Source of the DNA: an uncultured Verrucomicrobiae bacterium
Lineage (GTDB): Bacteria > Verrucomicrobiota > Verrucomicrobiia > Limisphaerales > Palsa-1400
Length of the DNA stretch: 64,000 nt
NCBI GenBank assembly: GCA_963707025.1
Contig: CAVPOM010000017.1
Span: 32,001-96,000 of the forward strand
Direction of reading: 5' to 3'
A model generated the notes under the pieces. It was not told the origin of the DNA, ran no database searches, and saw nothing but the letters and a program-made list of their open reading frames with translations. Below are positions 42,650 through 53,064 of this stretch, in pieces. The translations under genes were made by a program, and so were the position numbers. Every line of letters starts with the position of its first letter. The stretch's first letter is position 1.

Positions 42650-45049
42650 ATGACCGAACCCGCCATCACCCCCGAACTGGTTGCCAAAGCACAACCTCAC
42701 GCCGGAGGAGTACGAGAAGATCAAGGACATTCTCGGCCGCGAGCCGAGCTACACCGAACTGGGCATTTTCTCCGTGATGTGGAGCGAGCATTGCAGCTAC
42801 AAAAACACCCGCCCGCTGCTCAAAACCTTTCCCACCAAGTCGCCGAAAATCCTCGTCGGCGCGGGCGAGGAAAACGCCGGCATCATTGACATCGGCGACG
42901 GCCTGGCCATCGCGTTCAAGATCGAGTCGCACAACCATCCGAGCGCGGTCGAGCCGTTTCAGGGCGCGGCCACCGGCGTCGGCGGCATCATCCGCGACAT
43001 CTTCACCATGGGCGCGCGGCCGATTTGCTCGGTCAATTCGCTGCGCTTCGGGCCGATCACGAGTGCAGCGACGTATCTCATTCGAATCCGACAATCAGAG
43101 CTCGACACATCGCTGCTACGAATCGGCGAACCGCATTGCCAAACAACCGCCGCCTCTTCGCCGGCGTGGTCAGCCGGCATCGCGCATTACGGCAATTGCT
43201 TCGGCATTCCGACCATCGCCGGCGAGGTTTATTTCGACAAATCCTACGAGGGCAATCCGCTGGTCAACGCCTTCTGCCTCGGCGTGCTGCGCCACGAACA
43301 AATCGCGCGCGGCGCGGCCAAGGGCATCGGCAATCCGGTCTTCTACGTCGGCCCGGCCACCGGCCGCGACGGCCTGGCCGGCGCGGCGTTTGCCTCGCAG
43401 GATTTGACCGAGGAATCCGCCGAGCAACAGCGCGGCGCGGTGCAGGTGGGCGATCCGTTCATGGAAAAACTCGTGTGCGAAGCCTGCCTGGAATTGCTCG
43501 CCACCGGCGCGGTCGCCGGCATCCAGGACATGGGCGCGGCGGGCTTGACCTGCTCGACCTGCGAAACCGCCGCCCGCGCCGGCACGGGCATCGAAATCGA
43601 ATTGGACAAGGTCCCGCAACGCGCGCCGAACATGACGCAGCTACGAAATCATGCTCTAGCGAATCGCAGGAGCGGATGCTCATCATCGTCCACAAGGGCC
43701 GCGAGGAGGAAGTGAAACGCATTTTCGACAAATGGGATTTGCCGTGGGCGGAGATCGGCTTCGTCACCGACACCGGCCGCATGGTGGTGAGGCACCATGG
43801 CAAGGTCGTGGCCGACATTCCGGCCAAAAAAATCGCCGACGAATCGCCGGTTTATCAGCGCGAAGCGCAGCGAACCGGAGTATTTGAAGGAAGTCCGCGC
43901 GTTCCGGCTCGACGGAATTGCCGGACACCCAGGACCCCGCCGACGCGATCTCAAGACACTGCTGGCCTGGCCGACCATCGCCTCGAAGAACTGGGTTTAC
44001 CGCCAATACGACCACATGGTGCGCGACGGCTCGGTGGTTTGCCCCGGCAGCGACGCGGCCGTCCTGCGCATCAAGGCCGATTCGCTGCCCGCGCCGGCGC
44101 CGACGCGCCGGACGCCGCCCGCGCCTGGAAAAATTCATCGCCCTGACGGTGGATGGCAACGGCGCCTACGTTTATCTCGATCCCTACGAAGGCGGCAAAA
44201 TCGTCGTGGCCGAAGCGGCCCGCAATCTGGCCTGTTCCGGCGCCGTGCCGCTGGGCGCGACCGACAATCTCAACTTCGCCAGCCCGCTCAAGCCGGAATT
44301 GTTCTGGCAGCTCAAGGAATCCGTGCGCGGCCTGGCCGAAGCCTGCCGGGCGTTCAACGCGCCGGTCACCGGCGGCAATTGCTCGCCTCTACAACCAAAG
44401 CCCCAACGGCCCGATTGATCCCGACGCCCGACGGTCGCCGTGGTCGGCCTGATCGAAAAGCCGGAGCACATCACGACGCAATGGTTCAAGGACGAAGGCG
44501 ACGCGATCATCCTGCTGGGCGACATTGTGGACACAGGCCGATCCGCTGCTCGGTCTGGGCGGCTCGGCTTATTTGCAAGCTGATTCACGGCCTGAAAACC
44601 GGCACGCCGCCGCGTTGCGATCTGGAGAACGAGCGAGGACACTGCACACCACGCTGCTCGGCTTGATTCAATCCGGCCTGGTGAAAAGCGCGCACGATTG
44701 CAGCGAAGGCGGCCTGGCGGTGGCCCTGGCGGAAAGCTGCATCAGCCAGCAGATCGCCCGCGAAACGCCCAGGCTGATCGGCGCGCAAATTGATCTGGCC
44801 GCCTTTGCCGGCGCGCGCCTGGACGCCCTTCTTTTCGGCGAAGCCCAGGGCCGGGTCGTCATTTCCGTCGCCCCGCTGGACGCCGTCAAAGTCCTGGAGC
44901 GCGCCCGGATTATGGAAGTCAGCGCGGCCAGACTCGGTGTCGTGGGAGGCGCGGATCTGTCCATCAAAACCGCCCCCGCCGAGTTCAAATGGCCGGTGGC
45001 GGCGCTGCACGTTCTTTGGTGGAACGCCATTGCCCAGGCGATGCAGTAG
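42650..45049 (+). CDS. purL: FGAM synthase large subunit PurL (many frameshifts)
   Basis: [48 protein letters not shown] spread over several frames. Confidence 0.92.
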
Positions 45050-46433
45050 GCGCCAGCGCCGCAAAAAATCCCTCCGCCTTGGCCAGCGTCTCCTCATATT
45101 CGGCCTCCGCCACCGAGTCGCTCACGATGCCGGCGCCGACCTGGAAATAAAGGCGGTCCTGCCGGCAAATCGCCGCGCGAATGGTGATGCTCAACTGGCT
45201 CTGGCGGTTGAAACCCAGGTAACCCAGCGCCCCCGTGTAAGGCCCGCGGGCCAGCGGCTCCAACTCATCAATGATTTCCATCGCGCGGATTTTCGGCGCG
45301 CCCGTCACGCTGCCGCCGGGAAAACAGGAGGCGAAGGCCGCCAGGTGCGTCTGCCCCGCGCGCAGCCGCCCGCACACCGTCGAAACCAGATGCTGCACCT
45401 GCGCATACCGCTCCAGCCGCGCCAGCTCCGGCACCTCCACCGAGCCGAATTGGCAGACCTTCCCCAGATCGTTGCGCAGCAAATCGGTGATCATGACCAA
45501 CTCCGCCCTTTCCTTCGCGCTGGCTTGCAGCTCGCAGCCCAGTTGCGCGTCGCGCGCCGCATCCCCCGCGCGCGGGCGCGTCCCTTTGATGGGCCGGGTC
45601 TGAACGTGCGTTCCGCTCAGCCGCAGAAAAAGCTCGGGCGAGGAGGAGCAAAGCTGAAAATCGCCGCAATCCAAAAAGGCCGCGAAGGGCGCCGGCGAAA
45701 CCTCGCACAGCCGCTGAAAAAAATCCCGCCCGCCCCAGCTCGTCACCGCCGCGAAACGATGGGACAGGTTCACCTGGTAAATGTCGCCCGCCCGGATGTA
45801 TTCCTGGGTGCGCCGCACCGCCGCCATAAATTCCGCCCGCGACCAATTGGAAACCACCTCACCCCAAACCCGTTCCCCGGCGGGGCGCGGCCTTGCCGGC
45901 GCCGCCGCCAATTGCGCGCGCCAGAACTCCAGTTGCCGCCGGGCGTGGCGGGCTTCGCTGGAACCATCCGCCCGCAGCCCGGTGGAAACAATCCAGGTTT
46001 TGCCCAGGCCATGATCGAACACCACGAGGCTGTCGTAAAAGCCCGCCTGGCAATCCGGCAACTCCAGATCATTGACCGCCCGGCGCGGCAGATGCGGCTC
46101 GACGAAATTCTTCAAGTCGTAGCCCCAATAACCAAAGCAGCCGCCCAGCGGAAAGGGCCGGTCAATTTCGTCCGGCAACTCGTAGCGCGCCATCAGTCCG
46201 TCCAGCACTTTCCAGGGATCGCCGAACTGGGGATGGTCCGGCCCGTCCAGCTCGCAGCGCGAACCAAAGGAGCGAAACGTGAGGAATGGCCGGGCTGCGA
46301 CCAGCGAATAGCGCCCGTGCGGCGGTTGCAACAGCGCGCTGCGCAGCAGGACCAGCCCGCGCTGCCCGCGCAACCGCCCCGCCAGCGATTGGGGCGTGTG
46401 CCGGGTCTGGATTTCCTGGAGCAACGGACGCAT
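44985..46433 (-). CDS. pabB: Aminodeoxychorismate synthase component I
   Basis: [52 protein letters not shown]. Confidence 0.88.
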   Translation of the reverse strand: MRPLLQEIQTRHTPQSLAGRLRGQRGLVLLRSALLQPPHGRYSLVAARPFLTFRSFGSRCELDGPDHPQFGDPWKVLDGLMARYELPDEIDRPFPLGGCFGYWGYDLKNFVEPHLPRRAVNDLELPDCQAGFYDSLVVFDHGLGKTWIVSTGLRADGSSEARHARRQLEFWRAQLAAAPARPRPAGERVWGEVVSNWSRAEFMAAVRRTQEYIRAGDIYQVNLSHRFAAVTSWGGRDFFQRLCEVSPAPFAAFLDCGDFQLCSSSPELFLRLSGTHVQTRPIKGTRPRAGDAARDAQLGCELQASAKERAELVMITDLLRNDLGKVCQFGSVEVPELARLERYAQVQHLVSTVCGRLRAGQTHLAAFASCFPGGSVTGAPKIRAMEIIDELEPLARGPYTGALGYLGFNRQSQLSITIRAAICRQDRLYFQVGAGIVSDSVAEAEYEETLAKAEGFFAALAPTASPGQWRSTKERAAPPPAI

Positions 46434-46504
46434 TTTTTCTGATTATACGACATGCGGTTTGCGCGCGCTTCTATTGTCTGCGCAACCGCGTTCTGAAGGC
46501 TTCC

Positions 46505-46532
46505 GCATTCTGCATTCTGCATTCTGCATTCT
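46505..46532. repeat. 4 x GCATTCT heptamer
   Basis: Read directly; related arrays at 52992-53016 and 48623-48650. Confidence 0.85.
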
Positions 46533-47800
46533 CAAAACGCCGCCGCCAGCAACTTTTCCACTGCCCGCGCCGACTTGAGCGGGCTGACCAGCGCCAGGTT
46601 GAATTGTTCCGGCCGGATAAACTCTCGCGCCGCCGCGCGCACCTCCGCGGCGCGCACCTGGCTCCAGCGCTCTTTGAGCGATTCCGGCGCGACGATTTTT
46701 CCGTAGCCCAGCCACTGTTCCCCCACCCACATCATCTGGCTTTCCGTGCTTTCCAAACTTAAATCCAACTGGCCGGTCAGGTAATCGCGCGCCCGCCGCA
46801 ATTCGGCGGCCGGCACCGGTTCCTCCCGCAGCCGCCGCAACTCGCGCAAAATAATCTTCAAGGTTTTGTCCAAATTCGCCAAATCCAGGCCCGCCGAGAT
46901 CACCAGGTCGCCCGTGTCGTCAAAAAAACTGTTGCCGCTGTAAATGGAATAGGCCAGCCCCTGGTCCTCCCGCACCGTCTGGAAAAGCCGCGAGCTCATG
47001 TTCTCCCCCAGCACCGCGTTGAGCAGGCGCAAGGCAAAGCGCCGTTCATGATGGCGCGAACAGGCCCGCATCCCAAAAGCGATTTGCGTTTGTTCGGTTT
47101 TTTTGGTGCGCAGGCGGACCACCGGCCTGGTTTGGACGGCGGTGGCGGGGGCAAAACCGCAGCGCGCCCCGCCATGAAATTCCGCCGCGCAAGCGCGCGC
47201 CGCCTTGACCACCTGGCGATGGGTCAGCCGTCCCGCCGCCGCGATGAGCGTGCCGGCCGCCGTGTAATTTTTCCGTTGAAAGTCGAGGATTTGCCGGCGG
47301 GTCATGGCGTCGAGCGTTCTTTTCGTGCCGGTGATGGAGCGGCCCAGCGGCTGGCCCGGCCAGAGGGTGGCGTTGAGCAACTCTTGCACGTATTGTTGCG
47401 GCTGGTCCAGGTACATGGCCAGTTCCTCCTTGATCACCTCCCGTTCCTTGGCGATTTCCGCCGGATCAAAAGTGGAATGAAGAAACATATCCGCCAGCAC
47501 CTCGAGCAATTCCTCGAAATGGTCATGGCGCGCCCGAGCATAAAAACAAGTATGCTCCTCGCTGGTGAAGGCATTGAGATACCCGCCAAGGCCTTCCACC
47601 GCCTGGGAAATCTCCCGCGCCGAGCGCCGCCGCGTGCCCTTGAAGAGCAGATGCTCGATAAAATGGGAAATGCCGCTGACGGCGGCCCCCTCGCACCGCC
47701 CGCCCACTCCCACCCAAATCCCCAGGCTGACGCTGGCCATGTGCGGCATCTCCGCCGTGGCCACCGTCAATCCGTTCTCCAGCCGCGTGACTTGGTACAT
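46532..47800 (-). CDS. M16 (pitrilysin) family zinc peptidase
   Basis: HFIEHLLFKGT inverted zinc motif; SSRLFQTVRE..GLAYS. Confidence 0.92.
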   Translation of the reverse strand: MYQVTRLENGLTVATAEMPHMASVSLGIWVGVGGRCEGAAVSGISHFIEHLLFKGTRRRSAREISQAVEGLGGYLNAFTSEEHTCFYARARHDHFEELLEVLADMFLHSTFDPAEIAKEREVIKEELAMYLDQPQQYVQELLNATLWPGQPLGRSITGTKRTLDAMTRRQILDFQRKNYTAAGTLIAAAGRLTHRQVVKAARACAAEFHGGARCGFAPATAVQTRPVVRLRTKKTEQTQIAFGMRACSRHHERRFALRLLNAVLGENMSSRLFQTVREDQGLAYSIYSGNSFFDDTGDLVISAGLDLANLDKTLKIILRELRRLREEPVPAAELRRARDYLTGQLDLSLESTESQMMWVGEQWLGYGKIVAPESLKERWSQVRAAEVRAAAREFIRPEQFNLALVSPLKSARAVEKLLAAAF

Positions 47801-47860
47801 GAGGAAGGTCAATAAAACGAATTTGCCCCGCCGGTCATCCAACCGCTTATGCCCGGCTTC

Positions 47861-47902
47861 TTAATCTTAATCTTAAACTTAATCCTAATCCTAATCCTAA
47901 TC
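47861..47902. repeat. 7 x (C/T)TAATC-type hexamer tandem repeat
   Basis: ttaatc ttaatc ttaaac ttaatc ctaatc ctaatc ctaatc. Confidence 0.85.
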
Positions 47903-47923
47903 CCTCCGCTCGCGTCCCGGCCA

Positions 47924-48604
47924 TCATCCCACCGTTTTGGGCACCGCCGCCGGCGGGCCGACCTGCCGCATATAATCGGAAATAAGGCGGATCGCCTCCG
48001 GCGCATCGTCCGTCACCGTGACCAAATCCAGGTCGCCGGGGCTGATGAATTGCCCCTTCTCCACCGTGGTTTTGGCCCAGTGCAACAAGCCGCTCCAATA
48101 TTTTTTCCCGAACAAAATCAAGGGAAAGCGGGGGATGCGCCGGGTTTGCACCAGGGTCAGCACTTCAAAGAACTCGTCCAGGGTGCCGAAGCCGCCGGGC
48201 ATGAAGATGAAGGCGATGCTATACTTGACAAAGCAGACCTTGCGCGAAAAGAAATAATGGAAATGAATCGGGACATTGACGTAAGGGTTGCCCTTCTGCT
48301 CAAAGGGCAGCTCGATGTTCAGGCCCACCGATTTTCCCTTGCCCCGCGCCGCGCCGCGATTGGCCGCCTCCATGATGCCCGGACCGCCCCCGGTGATGAC
48401 CGCCAGGTTGTTTTTGGCCAGCCCCCTGGCCATGGCGGCCGCCGCCTGGTAATACGGATCATCCCGCCGCGTCCGGGCCGACCCGAAGATCGTCACCGCC
48501 GGCCCGACCTGCGAGAGAAGTTCAAACGAATCCACGAATTCCGCCATGATGCGGAACACGCGCCACGGATCTTCTTTGATGAAACCGGTTGCCTGATTGT
48601 TCAT
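47924..48604 (-). CDS. LOG-family Rossmann-fold protein
   Basis: TGGGPGIMEAANRGA, PGGFGTLDE. Confidence 0.92.
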   Translation of the reverse strand: MNNQATGFIKEDPWRVFRIMAEFVDSFELLSQVGPAVTIFGSARTRRDDPYYQAAAAMARGLAKNNLAVITGGGPGIMEAANRGAARGKGKSVGLNIELPFEQKGNPYVNVPIHFHYFFSRKVCFVKYSIAFIFMPGGFGTLDEFFEVLTLVQTRRIPRFPLILFGKKYWSGLLHWAKTTVEKGQFISPGDLDLVTVTDDAPEAIRLISDYMRQVGPPAAVPKTVG

Positions 48605-48741
48605 CCGGAGATTCTAACGGGGAAATGCCAAATACAAAATGCAAAATGACAAGGGTTAAATTCTGGTTGCTCCATCCCCCGGCCTCCTTAACAATCCCGC
48701 CATACGAAAATGAACATGCCTCCACGCCGCAAGCCCGCGCC

Positions 48742-49503
48742 ATGATGAGCCGGCCATTTTTCCAAACCCTGCTGCTGGCCGGCCTCGTTTTCGGCCCGGG
48801 CGCCGCCCGCGCCGGCTCCGTTGTCGTCTTCGCCGCCGCCAGTTTGACCGACAGCTTGCAGGAAATCGCCCGCGGTTACAGCCTGCAATCCGGCCAAAAG
48901 GTCGCCCTCAATTTCGGCTCCTCCGGCACCCTGGCCCGGCAAATTCAGGAAGGCGCCCCCGCCGACATTTTTTTCTCCGCCGACCAGGCGCAAATGGATG
49001 CCCTGGAGAAACGGGGCCTCATCGTCCCGGAGACGCGCCGCAGCCGCTTGTCCAACTCGCTGGTCATCGTCGTGGCCGACGACAGCAAGCTGGCCATCGC
49101 CTCCGCCAAAGATTTGACCCAGCCCGCCGTCAAACGCCTGGCCCTGGCCGACCCGCAGACTGTCCCGGCGGGAATTTATTCCAAACAATATCTGGAAAAG
49201 CTCGGTCTTTGGCCCGCCCTCTCTCCAAAAGTCGTTCCCACCGACAATGTGCGGGCGGCCCTGGCCGCGGTGGAATCCGGCAACGTCCAGGCCGGCATGG
49301 TCTATAAAACCGACGCGGCCATTTCCAAGCACGTCAGAATCGCCTGCGCCGTGCCGCCCGCCGAAGGCCCGGCCATCCTGTATCCCATGGCCCTGGTCCG
49401 GGATGCCAAGGACCCAGTCGCCGCCCGCCAATTCCTCGATTGCCTCAACTCGACGGAAGCAACGCGGGTCTTCGAGAAATTCGGCTTTCTCATTCCAAAA
49501 TAG
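48742..49503 (+). CDS. modA: Molybdate ABC transporter substrate-binding protein
   Basis: FAAASL, FGSSGTLARQI..GAPAD, VPAG, VYKTDA. Confidence 0.93.
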   Translation: MMSRPFFQTLLLAGLVFGPGAARAGSVVVFAAASLTDSLQEIARGYSLQSGQKVALNFGSSGTLARQIQEGAPADIFFSADQAQMDALEKRGLIVPETRRSRLSNSLVIVVADDSKLAIASAKDLTQPAVKRLALADPQTVPAGIYSKQYLEKLGLWPALSPKVVPTDNVRAALAAVESGNVQAGMVYKTDAAISKHVRIACAVPPAEGPAILYPMALVRDAKDPVAARQFLDCLNSTEATRVFEKFGFLIPK

Positions 49504-49510
49504 ACGCCCC

Positions 49511-50182
49511 ATGACCGCCGAGGAATGGCAAATCGTTTGGTTCACCGCGTGGGTTTCGGCCCTGAGCACCTTGCTCATCCTGCCCTTTGGCCTGGCCGCA
49601 GCCTGGCTGCTGTCGCGCCGCGACTGGCCGGGCAAATCGCTGGTGGAAACGCTCGTCACCCTGCCCCTGGTCATGCCCCCGGTGGCCACGGGTTTGATCC
49701 TGCTCAAACTCCTGGGGCGGCACGGCCCGCTCGGGCGGTTTTTCCATGACACCCTTGACCTGGACATTGTTTTTACATGGCGCGGCGTCCTCCTGGCCCT
49801 GGCCGTAATGTCCTTCCCCTTGCTGGTGCTCGGCGCCCGCATCGCTTTCGAGCAAGTCAACCCGCGCTTCGAGCAGATTGCCCGCACCCTGGGCGCGGGC
49901 GAGGCGCGCGTTTTTTTCACCATCACCCTGCCGCTGGCCTGGCGCGGGATTTTGGGCGGCATGACCCTGGCTTTCGCCCGCGCCCTGGGCGAATTTGGCG
50001 CCACCATCATGGTTGCCGGCAACATCACCGGCCAGACCTCCACCCTTTCCCTTTCCATTTATCAGCATGTCCAGCTTGGGCAGGACACCCAGGCCTATCG
50101 TTTGCTCGGCGTCTCCGTGGCCCTGGCCTTCCTCGCCGTCTGGATCACCCAATGCCTGCTCCTGCGCCGCCCCAGGCATTAA
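49511..50182 (+). CDS. modB: Molybdate ABC transporter permease
   Basis: LPLVMPPVATG, FARALGEFGATIMVAGNI. Confidence 0.95.
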   Translation: MTAEEWQIVWFTAWVSALSTLLILPFGLAAAWLLSRRDWPGKSLVETLVTLPLVMPPVATGLILLKLLGRHGPLGRFFHDTLDLDIVFTWRGVLLALAVMSFPLLVLGARIAFEQVNPRFEQIARTLGAGEARVFFTITLPLAWRGILGGMTLAFARALGEFGATIMVAGNITGQTSTLSLSIYQHVQLGQDTQAYRLLGVSVALAFLAVWITQCLLLRRPRH

Positions 50183-50190
50183 AATCCACC

Positions 50191-50883
50191 GTGAACCTCC
50201 TCCTCAAATACATCTCGTTGCCCGTCGCTGATTTCAGCATTGAGGTGGATGTCGAATTGCAGAGCCAGGTCACCGCCATTTTCGGCCCCTCCGGCGCGGG
50301 CAAGACCTCCCTGCTCGATTTGATCGCCGGCTTGCGCAGCCCCGCCTCCGCCTTCATCCAGCTCGACAACCGCGTCCTGACCAGCACCGCCGACAAAACG
50401 CTGGTCCCGCCGCGCCTGCGTGAAATGGGCTACGTCCCGCAGGACCTGGCGTTGTTTCCCCACCTTTCCGTCCGCCAAAATCTGCTTTACGGCAAAAAAC
50501 CGGAAGGGCGCGCCGGCCCCCTCTTCAGCTTGGGCCACATCACCGAAGTTTTGGAAATCCAGGCCCTGGCCCAGCGCCGCGTCACCGATTTGTCCGGCGG
50601 CGAAAAGCAGCGCGTGGCCCTGGCTCGCGCCCTGCTGACCTCGCCGCGCCTGCTGCTGCTCGATGAGCCGCTGCAAAGCCTGGACCAGGCCCTCAAGGTC
50701 AGGATCATCCCCTATCTCCGCCGCGTGCGCGACGAGTTCAAACTGCCGATGCTTTACGTCACCCACGACCGCCAGGAAGTCCTGGCCCTGTGCGACGAAG
50801 TGCTGGAATTGCGCCAAGGCCGCATCACCAAACGCACTCGCGCCACTGCCCAGGACTGGCCTATAATCAACAGCGAGCCATGA
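50191..50883 (+). CDS. modC: Molybdate ABC transporter ATPase (short, no TOBE domain)
   Basis: GPSGAGKT, LFPHLSVRQNL, LSGGEKQRVA, LLDEP; GTG start. Confidence 0.9.
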   Translation: MNLLLKYISLPVADFSIEVDVELQSQVTAIFGPSGAGKTSLLDLIAGLRSPASAFIQLDNRVLTSTADKTLVPPRLREMGYVPQDLALFPHLSVRQNLLYGKKPEGRAGPLFSLGHITEVLEIQALAQRRVTDLSGGEKQRVALARALLTSPRLLLLDEPLQSLDQALKVRIIPYLRRVRDEFKLPMLYVTHDRQEVLALCDEVLELRQGRITKRTRATAQDWPIINSEP

Positions 50884-52142
50884 AGCGTTCATTTATTATC
50901 ACCATTCTGATCGTTCTGGCCGTTCTGGCTTATGTCGTCTGGCGACGGCCAGAGATCAATACCGATAGCACGCCGGCCTCGGGGGCTTTTCGTGAAATAG
51001 CACATTTGATAACTGCCGTTAACATGTTTGAGATTGATTGCGGTCGTTGCCCAACAACCGCGGAGGGCTTGGAGGCTTTGATGAAACGGCCGGCGACAAT
51101 TACTGAAGGCGTCTGGCAAGGCCCTTATCTCAATATAAGCAGCTTGCCGACAGACCCATGGGGAAATCATTACGTCTATCGCTTTCCCGGCCTTCATAAC
51201 CCGGATAGATTCGATATTTATTCTCTGGGACGCCATGGAAAGGGAGGGGATGAAGCCCTCGGCAATTGGGCAAGCTCCGGGTACGTTGACGTCGTCGTGG
51301 TGTACACCTCGCAGGACGAAGTCTATGCCGAGCCGATTCTGAAGGATTTTCAAAAACAAACCCGTATCCAGGTAAAGACGGTCTTTGACAGCGAGGCGGT
51401 GAAAACAGTTGGCCTGGCCAATCGGCTCCTTCAGGAGAAGAGCAATCCGCAATGCGACGTTTTTTGGAACAACGAGGAATTCCGCACCCGCCAACTGGCC
51501 GCCAAGGGCGTCTTCCGCGCCACCGACGGCTGGACGCATCTCGGCTACCGCACCCGCCGCATTGTGGTCAATACTAATTATGTGAAAGCCGCCGCCGCGC
51601 CCCGCGCCTGGACTGATGTCACCAATAAAATCTGGTCCCGCAAAGTCGCCCTGGCCTTCCCGCTCTTTGGCACCACCTCCACCCATTTCCAGGCCCTGCG
51701 CCAGCTTTGGGGCGACGCCGCCTGGCAGACCTGGTGCCGCGCCCTCGTGGCCAACAATCCCTTCGTGGTGGACGGCAACTCCGTGGTCGTCAAGCAAGTC
51801 GCGCGCGGCGAAGCCTGGATCGGCCTGGCCGATTCCGACGACATCGCCGACGCCCAGCAGGAGGGCGCGCCCATCCTGGCCCTGCCCGTCACCGCGGAAA
51901 CGCTCTTTCTTCCCAACACCGTGGCCGTCATCAAAAACTGTCCCCATCCCGAGGCCGCGCAACAACTTTTCGATTTTCTGCGCGACAAAAAAATTTCCCA
52001 GCGCCTGGTGGACGCCCACGCCCTGGAAGGCGCCACGCTTGAGCCGTCCGTCGCCGCCGCCGGCCTGACCGTCAATTGGGACCAATTGCTGCGCGATCTC
52101 GACCAGGCCACCGATGAAACAAAAAAAATCTTCCTGCGCTGA
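50880..52142 (+). CDS. Fusion of a GspG-like pseudopilin domain and an Fe3+-type ABC solute-binding protein
   Basis: PTTAEGLEAL..WQGPYL..DPWGNHYVY..PG..DIYSLG..GNW then VYTSQD..DSEAVKTVGL..CDVFWNNE. Confidence 0.8.
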   Translation: MKRSFIITILIVLAVLAYVVWRRPEINTDSTPASGAFREIAHLITAVNMFEIDCGRCPTTAEGLEALMKRPATITEGVWQGPYLNISSLPTDPWGNHYVYRFPGLHNPDRFDIYSLGRHGKGGDEALGNWASSGYVDVVVVYTSQDEVYAEPILKDFQKQTRIQVKTVFDSEAVKTVGLANRLLQEKSNPQCDVFWNNEEFRTRQLAAKGVFRATDGWTHLGYRTRRIVVNTNYVKAAAAPRAWTDVTNKIWSRKVALAFPLFGTTSTHFQALRQLWGDAAWQTWCRALVANNPFVVDGNSVVVKQVARGEAWIGLADSDDIADAQQEGAPILALPVTAETLFLPNTVAVIKNCPHPEAAQQLFDFLRDKKISQRLVDAHALEGATLEPSVAAAGLTVNWDQLLRDLDQATDETKKIFLR

Positions 52143-52318
52143 ACATGAACCAGAACCGCCTTACCGTGTTATTTCGCAAAGAGAGAATTAGGCCGCGCGA
52201 TGCTACGGATGGAACGGCAGGGCGGGCAGTCCCCTGCCCGCCGGACGAATGTGGTGGCATGTTTTTGAGCCAGGCTTTTTGGCAGGCCGCGCCTTCAAAG
52301 CCCGGCGTCAATCACTTT

Positions 52319-52711
52319 TCAGGGTGTGATCAGTTGCACGGAAGGAAAAAATGTCCTGACACGCCGGGGATCGCGGGTGAGCAACGGGAGGTGGGCGACA
52401 TAGGCGTGCGCCCCGATAAAGAAGTCCGGGAGCGGACGCGCTTTCTTGCCGCCTGCCCGCCTGTACTTTTCAAACGCTTTCCCCGCTTGAAAAGCGGCGT
52501 TGAGCGGGAGTGGCAAATAGGTGAAGGCAGAGAGCCGGTTTTCCAATTCCTTTTGAGTGTCAAACTTGACGGCCAACTCGGCAAAGATCATGGTGTCATA
52601 GGCAACTGGCCCTTGGCTGGCGGCGCGCTCGATTTGGCTGCTGGACCACAGAAACCAGTCAGGATCCCTGGTGAAAATATCGGCGACGACGCTGGTATCA
52701 ACCAGAGTCAT
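52319..52711 (-). CDS. vapC: VapC-type PIN-domain toxin
   Basis: TLVDTSV, PLPDFFIGAHA, LLTRD. Confidence 0.9.
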   Translation of the reverse strand: MTLVDTSVVADIFTRDPDWFLWSSSQIERAASQGPVAYDTMIFAELAVKFDTQKELENRLSAFTYLPLPLNAAFQAGKAFEKYRRAGGKKARPLPDFFIGAHAYVAHLPLLTRDPRRVRTFFPSVQLITP

Positions 52712-52935
52712 CCGCGTGTCAACTCCAGCCAGTCTTGCGTCCGGCCTTTAATTTTGCCGCCGCGTAGCAGAGTCGCCAGGACGCGTTTGCCGCGTGAACT
52801 TGTCGCGGCCTTGACCACCAGCACGCCGTCGGGTTGGTCCACCAACTCCACTTCAGCCTGCGCCTGCAGCCCATGCTTGCGGCGCATCGCCGGAGGTATT
52901 GTGACTTGTCCTGTCCGTGTCATCTTCACCGCCAT
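52708..52935 (-). CDS. AbrB/MazE-type antitoxin
   Basis: MTRTGQVTIPPAMRRKHGL; stop overlaps the vapC start. Confidence 0.88.
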   Translation of the reverse strand: MAVKMTRTGQVTIPPAMRRKHGLQAQAEVELVDQPDGVLVVKAATSSRGKRVLATLLRGGKIKGRTQDWLELTRG

Positions 52936-53064
52936 AATCTCGCCCGGGAACAAACCATTTGTCAACCGTTTTGCGCGACGGTGCGCCGTTTCCATTCTCC
53001 ATTCTCCATTCTCCATCCGCGCTTTGATTGCGTTCCCCGGCGGCCTGGATAACCCTGCATCGCC

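Noticed and set aside
42650..44700. Programmed frameshifting or true pseudogenisation of purL (likewise hppA, rpoD, uvrA, yhcG, mscS)
   Set aside because: Many scattered 1-bp indels in normally conserved genes, clustered in stretches, fit low-coverage or long-read error better; needs read-level confirmation
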